Source of the DNA: Bacteroidota bacterium
GTDB lineage: Bacteria; Bacteroidota; Bacteroidia; Chitinophagales; BACL12
Direction: 5' to 3'
Assembly: GCA_029571985.1 (NCBI GenBank)
Contig: JAKQVC010000147.1
Span: 13,446-77,445 of the forward strand
DNA length: 64,000 nt
This document shows, piece by piece, positions 28,044 to 37,114 of this stretch. Position 1 is the first letter of the stretch, and every line of letters begins with the position of its first letter. The position numbers and the translations under genes were made by a program. Under the pieces are notes generated by a model, which searched no databases, was not told the origin of the DNA, and worked only from the letters and a program-made list of their open reading frames with translations.

Positions 28044-30005
28044 ATGAGTATAGAACAAAATAATCAGAACAAACCCAAGCCCGGACAACCGCGTAAATTC
28101 AATTTTTATTGGATTTATGGTTTGATTGCCGTGATATTGCTTGCACTTCAATTTTTTCCGCTTCAGGGAACACCTGCGGATTTGAAGAATATCAATACGT
28201 TTAGAACAGAAATGCTCGACAAAGGACATGTAAATCGTATTGTAATTGTAAACAGAGAATATGCCGAAATTTATATTAAAACGGACAGCTTAAAACAAGA
28301 ACCTTATGTAACCGATAAGGTGCCTGAAAAAGGTCCTCAATATAAATGGAACATAGGTTCGCCGGATACATTTGAACGTCAGCTTGCTGAATGGCAGGCC
28401 GGCAGAACCAGCAAACCGGTAACTGTTTCGTACGAAACACACAACAATATTTTCATCAGCATTCTCGGTTGGATTTTACCTATTTTATTATTTCTGGCGA
28501 TTTGGATTTTTGTGATGCGCCGTGTTACCGGTGGTGCCGGAATGGGCGGTGGCGGACAAATTTTCAATATCGGAAAATCAAAACCACAGATGTATGATAA
28601 GGATACAAAAGTGAATGTAACCTTTAATGACGTTGCCGGTTTAGATGAGGCGAAAGAGGAAGTGATGGAAGTGGTAGATTTTCTGAAGAATCCGAAAAAA
28701 TATACTTCACTGGGTGGTAAAATTCCTAAAGGTGTTTTATTAGTTGGCCCTCCGGGAACCGGTAAAACCTTATTGGCAAAAGCCATGGCCGGTGAAGCTC
28801 AGGTGCCTTTCTTCAGCATATCCGGTTCTGATTTTGTGGAGATGTTTGTGGGTGTTGGTGCAAGCCGCGTACGCGATTTATTCCGCCAGGCACGCGAAAA
28901 AGCACCATGTGTAATTTTTATTGATGAGATTGATGCAATTGGTCGCGCACGTGGAAAAAATATGATTCAAAGTAATGATGAACGCGAAAACACGTTGAAT
29001 CAATTACTTGTTGAAATGGATGGTTTCGGAACGGATAAAGGTGTAATCATCTTAGCCGCCACGAACCGCCCGGATGTGCTCGATCCAGCATTGTTGCGCC
29101 CAGGTCGTTTCGATCGTCAGATTTCTATCGACAAACCGGATCTTGCCGGTCGCGAACAAATTTTTAATGTGCATTTGAAACCCATTAAAGTCGCAACTGA
29201 AGTTGATGCACATAAATTAGCCACTCAAACACCTGGTTTTGCAGGTGCAGATATTGCCAACGTATGTAATGAAGCGGCATTGATTGCTGCTCGTCGCGGA
29301 AAGAAATTTGTTGAGCTGCAGGATTTTAATGATGCTATCGACCGCGTAATTGGTGGTTTGGAGAAAAAGAATAAAATCATTTCTCAGGAAGAGAAAAAAA
29401 TAGTGGCTTATCACGAAGCCGGTCACGCTATTTGTGGATGGTATCTCGAATATGCCGATCCGCTGGTAAAAGTATCTATCGTTCCGCGCGGTATGGCAGC
29501 CTTGGGTTATGCGCAGTATTTACCAAAAGAACAATACCTGTATACTAAAGAGCAACTCATGGACATGATGTGTATGACGCTCGGTGGACGTGCTGCTGAA
29601 GATATCATTTTTGGCCGCATCAGTACAGGTGCACAGAACGACCTCGAACGTATCACAAAAATGGCTTATGCCATGGTGAGTATTTATGGTATGAACGAAC
29701 GCGTTGGAAATGTGAGCTTTAATGACCCGAATATTGATCAGCGTTTCAGCAAACCGTATTCAGAACAAACCGCGCAGGTTATTGATGAAGAGGTGAAAAA
29801 AATGATTGATGCTGCCTATCAGCGCACGAAGCAATTGTTGTTGGAGAAGCGCGACCAGCTCGAAATTATTGCAAAGGAATTGCTGGAAAAGGAAATTATT
29901 TTCAAGGCGGATATGGACCGTTTAATCGGTCATCGTCCGTATGATGAAAAACATCCTGACCTCACGCATAAACAGGAACCCGATCCTGTAGATAATATCG
30001 CTTAA
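28044..30005 (+). CDS. ftsH: ATP-dependent zinc metalloprotease FtsH
   Basis: Two TM segments, Walker A GPPGTGKT, Walker B IIFIDEID, SRH region, and zinc motif HEAGHA. Confidence 0.97.
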   Translation: MSIEQNNQNKPKPGQPRKFNFYWIYGLIAVILLALQFFPLQGTPADLKNINTFRTEMLDKGHVNRIVIVNREYAEIYIKTDSLKQEPYVTDKVPEKGPQYKWNIGSPDTFERQLAEWQAGRTSKPVTVSYETHNNIFISILGWILPILLFLAIWIFVMRRVTGGAGMGGGGQIFNIGKSKPQMYDKDTKVNVTFNDVAGLDEAKEEVMEVVDFLKNPKKYTSLGGKIPKGVLLVGPPGTGKTLLAKAMAGEAQVPFFSISGSDFVEMFVGVGASRVRDLFRQAREKAPCVIFIDEIDAIGRARGKNMIQSNDERENTLNQLLVEMDGFGTDKGVIILAATNRPDVLDPALLRPGRFDRQISIDKPDLAGREQIFNVHLKPIKVATEVDAHKLATQTPGFAGADIANVCNEAALIAARRGKKFVELQDFNDAIDRVIGGLEKKNKIISQEEKKIVAYHEAGHAICGWYLEYADPLVKVSIVPRGMAALGYAQYLPKEQYLYTKEQLMDMMCMTLGGRAAEDIIFGRISTGAQNDLERITKMAYAMVSIYGMNERVGNVSFNDPNIDQRFSKPYSEQTAQVIDEEVKKMIDAAYQRTKQLLLEKRDQLEIIAKELLEKEIIFKADMDRLIGHRPYDEKHPDLTHKQEPDPVDNIA

Positions 30006-30029
30006 GGCAGGCATAACAGCTTATTTCAA

Positions 30030-30061
30030 CGCCGGTAAAGTAAATTTGCCGGCGTTTTTTT
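30030..30061 (+). terminator. rho-independent terminator after ftsH
   Basis: CGCCGG-taaagtaaattt-gCCGGCG followed by a T7 run. Confidence 0.65.
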
Positions 30062-30161
30062 ATGGCTGCGAGTAGCGGGGTGTCATGCGCTATTTATATC
30101 CACATCCCCGGTAATGCGCACATCCCCTAATTTTCTATAACTTTACAGGAACTACCGATAC

Positions 30162-30833
30162 ATGGCCAAGATACTTTCTTCTAAGGAAAAATTGCTGAGC
30201 AATGTGCGTGGTGCATTATTGCATCAAACCCGACAGCCGTATCCCAATCTGGAAAACAATGATAGTTTTTATGCGGTGCCTGATGAACCGTTAGAAATTA
30301 TTTTCGCAACAGAATTTACTGCTGTAAATGGTCAGTTTGTTTTTTGTGAAACCGAAAAGGAATGTGTCGATACCTTAAAGGAACTCATCGAGCATAAACA
30401 ATGGAAAAATGTTTCATGTCCTGAACCTGAATTGCATTCCATGTTCGATCGTTTTCAGTTCATCAATTATGAAACCGATATTCCGGTTACAGGTTCAGAA
30501 GTGAGCGTTATGCAATGTGAAGCCTTAATTGCCCGAACAGGAAGTATTTTAATTAGCAGTCGCCAGGCAAGCGGTAGAACATTGCCGGTATTTCCTCCGG
30601 TAAATATTGTAATTGCCAGCACACGCCAACTCGTTATGGATATTAATGACGGGTTTGCGGCTATTCGAAAAAAATACGACGGTAATTTCCCAAGCATGGT
30701 TAACCTCAATACCGGTCCGAGTCGTACGGCAGATATCGAAAAAACTTTAGTGCTCGGTGCGCATGGTCCCAGAGAGGTGTATGTATTCCTCATAGAAAAC
30801 TGGCCGGTGGCCGGAACGAATGGAGAAAAATAA
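30162..30833 (+). CDS. LUD domain-containing protein (LutC/YkgG-like)
   Basis: 223 aa. C-terminal part ARTGSILISS...NIVIA...NTGPSRTADIEKTLVLGAHGP is typical of the LUD domain. Confidence 0.6.
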   Translation: MAKILSSKEKLLSNVRGALLHQTRQPYPNLENNDSFYAVPDEPLEIIFATEFTAVNGQFVFCETEKECVDTLKELIEHKQWKNVSCPEPELHSMFDRFQFINYETDIPVTGSEVSVMQCEALIARTGSILISSRQASGRTLPVFPPVNIVIASTRQLVMDINDGFAAIRKKYDGNFPSMVNLNTGPSRTADIEKTLVLGAHGPREVYVFLIENWPVAGTNGEK

Positions 30834-31563
30834 AATTTATTTCGCTTCCGATTTTCATTTGGGTATCCCCGATTACACTTCAAGTCTTGAACGTGAAAAA
30901 AAAATCGTGCGCTGGCTCGACAGCATTAAGCATGATGCCCAACGCATTTATTTAGTTGGAGATATTTTTGATTTCTGGTATGAGTATCAACATGTGGTGC
31001 CCAGAGGATATGTGCGATTGCTGGGTAAATTAGCAGAGTTGCGCGATTCCGGAATCGAGATGCACATATTTACCGGCAATCATGATTTATGGATGTTTGG
31101 TTATTTTGAAGAAGAGCTGAATATTCCGGTGCATCACGACAGTATACAATTTGAAGCTAACGGCAAACGTTTTTTTGTAGGTCATGGTGATGGTATAGGC
31201 CCTGGCGACAGAGGGTTTAAAATCATGAAGAAAGTGTTCACCAGTAAATTAGCTCAGTTTCTATATAGCTTGCTACACCCGTGGCTGGCGTTTAAAATAG
31301 CCCGTTACTTTAGCCATAACAGTCGCATTATGAATGAAGTGGAACAGTTTTTGGGGGAGGATAAGGAATGGCAGGTAATTTATGCGAAGGAAGTATTGCA
31401 AAAGCAACACGTTGACTACTTTTTATTTGGCCATCGGCATATTGTTTTAGAATTGCCGATAGGGGAGGGCTCAAAATTTATTAATTTAGGCGATTGGGTT
31501 AAATATTTTACTTATGCCGAATTTGATGGTAATACCTGTGAGATAAAATATTTTGAAAAATAG
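30820..31563 (+). CDS. lpxH: UDP-2,3-diacylglucosamine diphosphatase
   Basis: Calcineurin-like motifs FASDFHLG, LVGDIFD, GNHD and GHRH. Ends with TAG. Confidence 0.85.
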   Translation: MEKNKIYFASDFHLGIPDYTSSLEREKKIVRWLDSIKHDAQRIYLVGDIFDFWYEYQHVVPRGYVRLLGKLAELRDSGIEMHIFTGNHDLWMFGYFEEELNIPVHHDSIQFEANGKRFFVGHGDGIGPGDRGFKIMKKVFTSKLAQFLYSLLHPWLAFKIARYFSHNSRIMNEVEQFLGEDKEWQVIYAKEVLQKQHVDYFLFGHRHIVLELPIGEGSKFINLGDWVKYFTYAEFDGNTCEIKYFEK

Positions 31564-32338
31564 CCTCTTCATAGTATGCTTTTTTATCGTAGCGCGTGTG
31601 CATGCAGCTGATTCACTTCTGTTAACCATTCACCAGCCACATACTTTTTTTACCACCGATGCATACAATAATATTTACGCCATAACCCCGGCTCACGAAA
31701 TTGTACGACGTCAGATAACCGGACTCAATCAGGTAACTTATAGTAATGTGCGATATGGAACGCCAACTTCAATTGATGCGGGCAATCCATTGAAAACAAT
31801 GGTGTATTACGCAGATCAGCAGATACTGGTTATTCTGGATAAAATGCTTGCCGAAATTGCCGTACTCAAGTTTAGTGCCTTAAATAACGAAACGTACCGA
31901 CCAACATTGGTATGTCGCGCTTCAGGCGGTGATCATTTTTGGTTATTTGATGAATTATCTCAGCGCGTCATTCGACTGGATGAAGGTGGTAATCGTATCG
32001 CTGTTTCCGAACCCTGGTATCAATTATTTTCTGTGCAGCAAACACCGGTATGGATGCAAAGTCAGGGCGATCAGTTATATATCTACACCACGGCTGGCAC
32101 GTTATGCGTTTTTGATACATTCGGCACCCTGGGTCTTCAGGTGGACCTGCCTGCACAACCGCTCGATATGACCGGGAATGCAGTTTTGCTGCGCGATGTA
32201 AATGGTTTGCGATTGTTTGATTTGGTTTCAGCCCAGTCAACACCCATAGAATCAACCTGTTCGGCCGATAAGCTCGAAATACAACCGCAATATCTGTTTG
32301 GCGGTAACGGTTCACAAATCACGATTTGTACCCGGTAA
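31553..32338 (+). CDS. hypothetical exported protein
   Basis: 261-aa ORF with a TTG start and signal peptide [19 protein letters not shown] recognise no motif. Confidence 0.5.
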   Translation: MKNSLFIVCFFIVARVHAADSLLLTIHQPHTFFTTDAYNNIYAITPAHEIVRRQITGLNQVTYSNVRYGTPTSIDAGNPLKTMVYYADQQILVILDKMLAEIAVLKFSALNNETYRPTLVCRASGGDHFWLFDELSQRVIRLDEGGNRIAVSEPWYQLFSVQQTPVWMQSQGDQLYIYTTAGTLCVFDTFGTLGLQVDLPAQPLDMTGNAVLLRDVNGLRLFDLVSAQSTPIESTCSADKLEIQPQYLFGGNGSQITICTR

Positions 32339-32365
32339 CCGACTCGCTGAAGTATTCAGATTCCG

Positions 32366-32373
32366 TATTTTTG
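32366..32373 (+). promoter_or_regulatory. candidate -7 box (TAnnTTTG) for prfA
   Basis: TATTTTTG lies 5 nt upstream of the ATG at 32379. Confidence 0.35.
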
Positions 32374-32378
32374 CGGCG

Positions 32379-33470
32379 ATGAATGATCAATTAGATCTTA
32401 CAGGTAAACTTCAGGCAATTAAAGAACGCTGGTTAAATATCCAGGAGCAATTGAGCGACCCGGATATCATAGCCGATATGAAGCGGTTCAAAAGTTTGAA
32501 TAAAAGCTATCGCGATATGGAGCCGGTTGTGCAGGCCTATACGCAATATCAGTTGGTGCTATCTAATCTGGAGGATAGCAAACGCATGCTCAACACCGAA
32601 AAAGATGATGAGATGCGTGAAATGGCTAAAGCGGAAATTTTATCGGGAGAAGAAAATAAAATTCGACTTGAGGAAGAAATCCGTCAATTATTAATTCCTA
32701 AAGACCCGGAAGATGAAAAGAATGCCATCATCGAAATACGCGCCGGTACCGGTGGTGATGAGGCAGCCATTTTTGCAGGTGACCTTGCAGAAATGTATAC
32801 GCGTTTTTGTGGCAAGCAGGGCTGGAAAGTGGAGGTTATGAATGAAAGCCAAAGCGATAAAGGTGGATTTAAAGAAGTGGTGTTGGAAGTAAGCGGTGAA
32901 CAGGTTTACGGTCGACTCAAATATGAAAGTGGCGTGCATCGGGTGCAGCGCGTGCCGGAAACTGAATCGCAGGGGCGAGTGCATACCAGTGCTGCTACTG
33001 TTGCGGTATTACCTGAGGCGGAAGAGTTTGATGTAGAAATCAATACAACGGATATTAAAGTAGATGTATTCCGTGCAAGTGGCGCCGGCGGACAGCACGT
33101 TAACCGGACAGAGAGTGCGGTGCGTATGACGCATATCCCCACCGGCATTGTAGCCGAATGCCAGGATGAGCGCTCACAAATCAAAAACCGGGAGAAGGCA
33201 ATGAAAGTATTGCGCACCCGTATCTATGAGAAGTTTTACAATGAGCACCTGGATAAAATTTCCAAGCAAAGGAAAACACTGGTGAGCACCGGTGACCGGT
33301 CAGCGAAAATCAGAACGTATAATTATCCGCAAAGCCGGGTTACCGATCATCGTATCAATCTTACCCTGTATAATCTACCGGATGTGATGAATGGTGAGCT
33401 CGATGAGGTGATTAATGCACTTCAAATAGCCGAAAACGCCGAAAAAATGAAGGCTGAGGGTGCTATTTGA
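32379..33470 (+). CDS. prfA: peptide chain release factor 1
   Basis: GGQ motif SGAGGQHVN and an RF1-type tripeptide region (PET). Start chosen at MNDQLDL. The track ORF carries an 81-nt 5' extension that overlaps the upstream gene. Confidence 0.93.
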   Translation: MNDQLDLTGKLQAIKERWLNIQEQLSDPDIIADMKRFKSLNKSYRDMEPVVQAYTQYQLVLSNLEDSKRMLNTEKDDEMREMAKAEILSGEENKIRLEEEIRQLLIPKDPEDEKNAIIEIRAGTGGDEAAIFAGDLAEMYTRFCGKQGWKVEVMNESQSDKGGFKEVVLEVSGEQVYGRLKYESGVHRVQRVPETESQGRVHTSAATVAVLPEAEEFDVEINTTDIKVDVFRASGAGGQHVNRTESAVRMTHIPTGIVAECQDERSQIKNREKAMKVLRTRIYEKFYNEHLDKISKQRKTLVSTGDRSAKIRTYNYPQSRVTDHRINLTLYNLPDVMNGELDEVINALQIAENAEKMKAEGAI

Positions 33471-33492
33471 CCTCTGTAGGTATAGGTTTTTG

Positions 33493-33500
33493 TAATTTTG
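33493..33500 (+). promoter_or_regulatory. candidate -7 box (TAnnTTTG) for ugd
   Basis: TAATTTTG lies 4 nt upstream of the ATG at 33505. Confidence 0.35.
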
Positions 33501-33504
33501 TTCC

Positions 33505-34818
33505 ATGAAGATTTCTGTCATCGGTACCGGTTATGTAGGCCTGGTTACCGGTACCTGCTTTGCCGAAACCGGCAATCATGTGGTTTGTGTGGATATTGAT
33601 GCTGCAAAAGTAGCCCGCATGCAAAATGGCGAGATACCTATTTATGAGCCGGGATTAGAAACCATTTTTCATCGGAATATCAAACAAGGTAATCTCACCT
33701 TCACTACCGATACCCGCTCAGCTGTCGAGCAAACTGATATCGTGTTTTTAGCCCTGCCAACACCTCCGAATGAAGATGGAAGTGCAGATTTAAGTCACGT
33801 GTTGCGTGTTGCTGAAGAGTTGGGCACAATCATTAAAGAGTATAAAATCATTATCGATAAAAGTACGGTTCCGGTGGGTACTGCTGAAAAAGTGCACGCA
33901 CTCATCAGCAAAAATTGCACTGCGCCTTTTGATGTGGTGTCAAACCCTGAATTTTTGCGTGAGGGGATGGCGGTTGAAGATTTTATGAAACCGGAACGTG
34001 TGGTTATTGGCACAGAAAGTGAAAGAGCCAAAGAAATTTTATCGCGATTGTATGCGCCATTTGTGCGTCAGGGAAATCCTGTGATATTTATGGATGAGAA
34101 AAGCGCCGAACTAACCAAGTATGCCGCAAATGCATTTCTCGCAACGAAAATTACATTCATGAATGAAATTGCGAATTTGTGTGAATTACTCGGGGCAGAT
34201 GTAGATATGGTGCGCAAAGGCATTGGTTCTGATTCGCGTATCGGAAAAAGATTTTTATTTCCGGGTGTTGGGTATGGCGGAAGTTGTTTTCCTAAAGATG
34301 TAAAAGCACTTAACCAGATGGCCGGCGCTACCGGATATGATTTTCATATCCTGCAATCGGTGATGTCGGTAAATGATAAACAGCGGGTAATTCTGGCAGA
34401 TAAAGTCTTACAACATTTCGGAAATGATATTCGCGGGAAGCGATTTGCCATGTGGGGATTATCCTTTAAGCCGAATACAGATGATATTCGTGAAGCACCT
34501 GCCTTATATATCATCGAAAAATTATTGGCAGCTGGCGCAACCATTTGTGCGTTTGATCCGGAAGCCATGCCGAATGTGCAGAAACAAATCGGAGATGCGA
34601 TTACCTATGCACAACATCAGTATGCTGCGGTAGAAGATGCAGATGCATTAATTATTGTAACCGAATGGAGTGTATTCAGAACCCCTGATTTGGAATTATT
34701 GCGCTCGAAATTGAAAAATCCGGTTGTTTTTGATGGAAGAAACGTATTTGAGCTGGATGAAATGCGTGCTGCAGGTTTTGTGTATTATAGCATCGGCAGA
34801 GAAGTTATACGTGGTTGA
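33505..34818 (+). CDS. ugd: UDP-glucose 6-dehydrogenase
   Basis: MKISVIGTGYVGLV Rossmann motif, NPEFLREG, and catalytic Cys in GYGGSCFPKD. Confidence 0.93.
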   Translation: MKISVIGTGYVGLVTGTCFAETGNHVVCVDIDAAKVARMQNGEIPIYEPGLETIFHRNIKQGNLTFTTDTRSAVEQTDIVFLALPTPPNEDGSADLSHVLRVAEELGTIIKEYKIIIDKSTVPVGTAEKVHALISKNCTAPFDVVSNPEFLREGMAVEDFMKPERVVIGTESERAKEILSRLYAPFVRQGNPVIFMDEKSAELTKYAANAFLATKITFMNEIANLCELLGADVDMVRKGIGSDSRIGKRFLFPGVGYGGSCFPKDVKALNQMAGATGYDFHILQSVMSVNDKQRVILADKVLQHFGNDIRGKRFAMWGLSFKPNTDDIREAPALYIIEKLLAAGATICAFDPEAMPNVQKQIGDAITYAQHQYAAVEDADALIIVTEWSVFRTPDLELLRSKLKNPVVFDGRNVFELDEMRAAGFVYYSIGREVIRG

Positions 34819-34885
34819 GTACATGCGCCAATAGATTGATGTGCCGACTGATGTAATACTGCCGGCTCAAACAGAGAATATATCC

Positions 34886-35863
34886 ATGACAAAAAAAAGA
34901 ATTCTGATTACCGGAGCTGCCGGATTCCTCGGTTCGCATTTATGCGACCGGTTTATTGCTGAAGGCATGCATGTAATTGCCATGGATAATCTCATCACCG
35001 GCGATAAACGCAATATTGAACATTTATTTGGTCGTGAAGATTTTGAATATTATCATCATGACGTTTCTCAGTTTGTGCATGTAAAGGGCGAGCTGGATTA
35101 TATTTTACATTTTGCTTCTCCGGCATCACCTATCGATTATTTGCGCATTCCGATTCAGACATTAAAGGTTGGATCTTTAGGAACACATAATTTATTGGGT
35201 TTAGCTAAAGCCAAAAATGCACGCATATTAGTCGCATCTACCAGTGAAGTGTATGGCGACCCTTTAGTGCATCCGCAAAGCGAAGATTATTGGGGCAACG
35301 TAAATCCTGTTGGTCCGCGCGGTGTTTACGATGAGGCCAAACGTTTTCAGGAAGCGATAACGATGGCTTATCATACGTATCATGGCCTCGAAACACGCAT
35401 TGCCCGTATCTTTAATACGTACGGGCCACGCATGCGATTGAATGATGGTCGGGTGTTACCGGCATTTATCGGACAGGCTTTAAGAGGCGAAGATCTTACC
35501 GTTTTTGGTGATGGCACCCAAACCCGTTCCTTTTGTTTTGTGGATGATTTAATTGATGGCATTTACCGATTGCTGATGAGTGATTATGCCTTACCGGTTA
35601 ATCTGGGTAATCCGGATGAAATTACCATCAATGAATTTGCAGAAGAAATTATCCGTTTAACCGGCACACAACAAAAAATCATACATCATCCGCTGCCTGT
35701 GGATGATCCGAAACAAAGGCAACCGGATATTACACTTGCTCGAAAAGAATTGAATTGGTCGCCCAAGGTACAACGGAAGGAAGGCCTCGCCATTACGTAT
35801 CAATATTTTAGCCGGCTTTCAAAAGAAGATTTATACAAGGATATAGAAGGTAAGAAATTCTGA
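34886..35863 (+). CDS. uxs: UDP-glucuronate decarboxylase (UDP-xylose synthase)
   Basis: [29 protein letters not shown] (YxxxK) and [10 protein letters not shown], as in UXS-type extended SDRs. Start chosen at the ATG at 34886. Confidence 0.85.
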   Translation: MTKKRILITGAAGFLGSHLCDRFIAEGMHVIAMDNLITGDKRNIEHLFGREDFEYYHHDVSQFVHVKGELDYILHFASPASPIDYLRIPIQTLKVGSLGTHNLLGLAKAKNARILVASTSEVYGDPLVHPQSEDYWGNVNPVGPRGVYDEAKRFQEAITMAYHTYHGLETRIARIFNTYGPRMRLNDGRVLPAFIGQALRGEDLTVFGDGTQTRSFCFVDDLIDGIYRLLMSDYALPVNLGNPDEITINEFAEEIIRLTGTQQKIIHHPLPVDDPKQRQPDITLARKELNWSPKVQRKEGLAITYQYFSRLSKEDLYKDIEGKKF

Positions 35864-35889
35864 GGGTACACCGATTCAATATATGCATT

Positions 35890-36107
35890 TCAAGTATGCA
35901 GATGAGTGCTTGAGTCATTTTTACCGGCAAACATCCCCCAGTTCAAAGTAGGAGATGCTTTTTCGTAAAAGATGCCGGTATTAATATACGTTTGATTTAA
36001 TTCTGAGAAAACCGAATTTATACTGTCACGAATGCAGTAGCTTGAACTTTGGGCAAACACGTTGGTTGCAAACAGTAAGTTAGAAAAAGGGTTGCGATGT
36101 TCTTCAT
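35890..36107 (-). pseudogene. small secreted-protein gene disrupted by a 1-nt frameshift in a homopolymer
   Basis: ATG at 36105-36107 gives MKNIATLF, then the frame stops. The frame offset by 2 nt (reached by adding one T to the run) reads ..SNLLFATNVFAQSSSYCIRDSINSVF...THLHT* and is open to 35890. One extra T in the T5 run (plus-strand A5 at 36084-36088) would join them into a 72-aa ORF with a classic signal peptide. Confidence 0.5.
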
Positions 36108-36212
36108 AGGATCATCCGAGAGGCAACTGGGGAAAAACGAAAAAACAAAACCCCTACTCTGCCAGAATGGCTTTGCCGGCGATCCCAATGAAATCACTAA
36201 TTTTTAATTAGT

Positions 36213-37112
36213 TTATATAAGTATTTTTTTCTTAAAGGTTGCCATACCTGAGCGCAAGGTTACAAGATATATTCCCTCTGCTACAGACAAAGAAAAGCTT
36301 GAATAGTTTTCTGTAATCTCTGAGTGAAATACAAGTTTCCCAGATAAATCAAAAACAGAAATATCAGCTGGATTTTCCCATGTATTGAGATTCACAGTGA
36401 GTGTATTACTTTGAGTGAATATGATAGGTTTTAATGCATTTACATTTTCATTGATAGCAACATAATGACTTGTGTCACCTGTCACAATTGGGTATTCAAG
36501 TTCTGCTTCATAAGCGTAGTCTTTAATAACTAGAATTCTACCCTCCTCTAAAATATCACAGCGAATCCATCCATAATGCGAAGCCCCTTCTAAATCATTG
36601 AAGCGAACACCAAGATATTTATCAATTGTTTCAGAGAGGTATTCATACCATGCATAAAAGCCAAACCCGACAATATCGCCGCTTGTGCTTAACACTCTCA
36701 ACGCCATCACTTGTGTTTCAACTGTCTGCCAGGTTTGAAGATCACCTACCAAGGAGCCCTGGTCTAATGCAAATGGATAAAAGCGAGTAAATTCACCATA
36801 CCCTGTGCTAAAAGAGACGGATATGCCTGCAAGAGCATTGCCAACTTCATCCGGTCCAACCAAAATATTTTGCATCGTTCTGAAGCTTAGCCAACTGGTG
36901 TCATAAAAGACAAAGGAATTATTATGGAAGAAAAAATCGTAAACACCGTCATCATTCATATCTATTTCCGCTGCATATAAATCATGGTCAACTATAAGAT
37001 CAGGTTCAATATCGGTATAAACAACTTGCCCATTCACTTCTTGTTTAGAAAGTAGTAAACAGCCCGCCGCTAAAGTATAAGAATTCAACCTCTTTTGTAT
37101 TGCAGCATCCAT
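36213..37112 (-). CDS. hypothetical T9SS type A cargo protein
   Basis: 299 aa with QVVYTDIEPDL...DMNDDGVYDF...HYGWIRCD. C-terminus ISVFDLSGKLV...GIYLVTL. Its ATG lies 2 nt after the stop of the upstream pseudogene. Confidence 0.65.
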   Translation of the reverse strand: MDAAIQKRLNSYTLAAGCLLLSKQEVNGQVVYTDIEPDLIVDHDLYAAEIDMNDDGVYDFFFHNNSFVFYDTSWLSFRTMQNILVGPDEVGNALAGISVSFSTGYGEFTRFYPFALDQGSLVGDLQTWQTVETQVMALRVLSTSGDIVGFGFYAWYEYLSETIDKYLGVRFNDLEGASHYGWIRCDILEEGRILVIKDYAYEAELEYPIVTGDTSHYVAINENVNALKPIIFTQSNTLTVNLNTWENPADISVFDLSGKLVFHSEITENYSSFSLSVAEGIYLVTLRSGMATFKKKILI

Positions 37113-37114
37113 CG

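Noticed and set aside
32298-32378. The 5' extension of the release-factor ORF overlapping the upstream gene, as a possible programmed frameshift like prfB
   Set aside because: The protein is RF1-type, not RF2. A normal ATG at 32379 preceded by a TATTTTTG box gives a full-length RF1, and no frameshift is needed.
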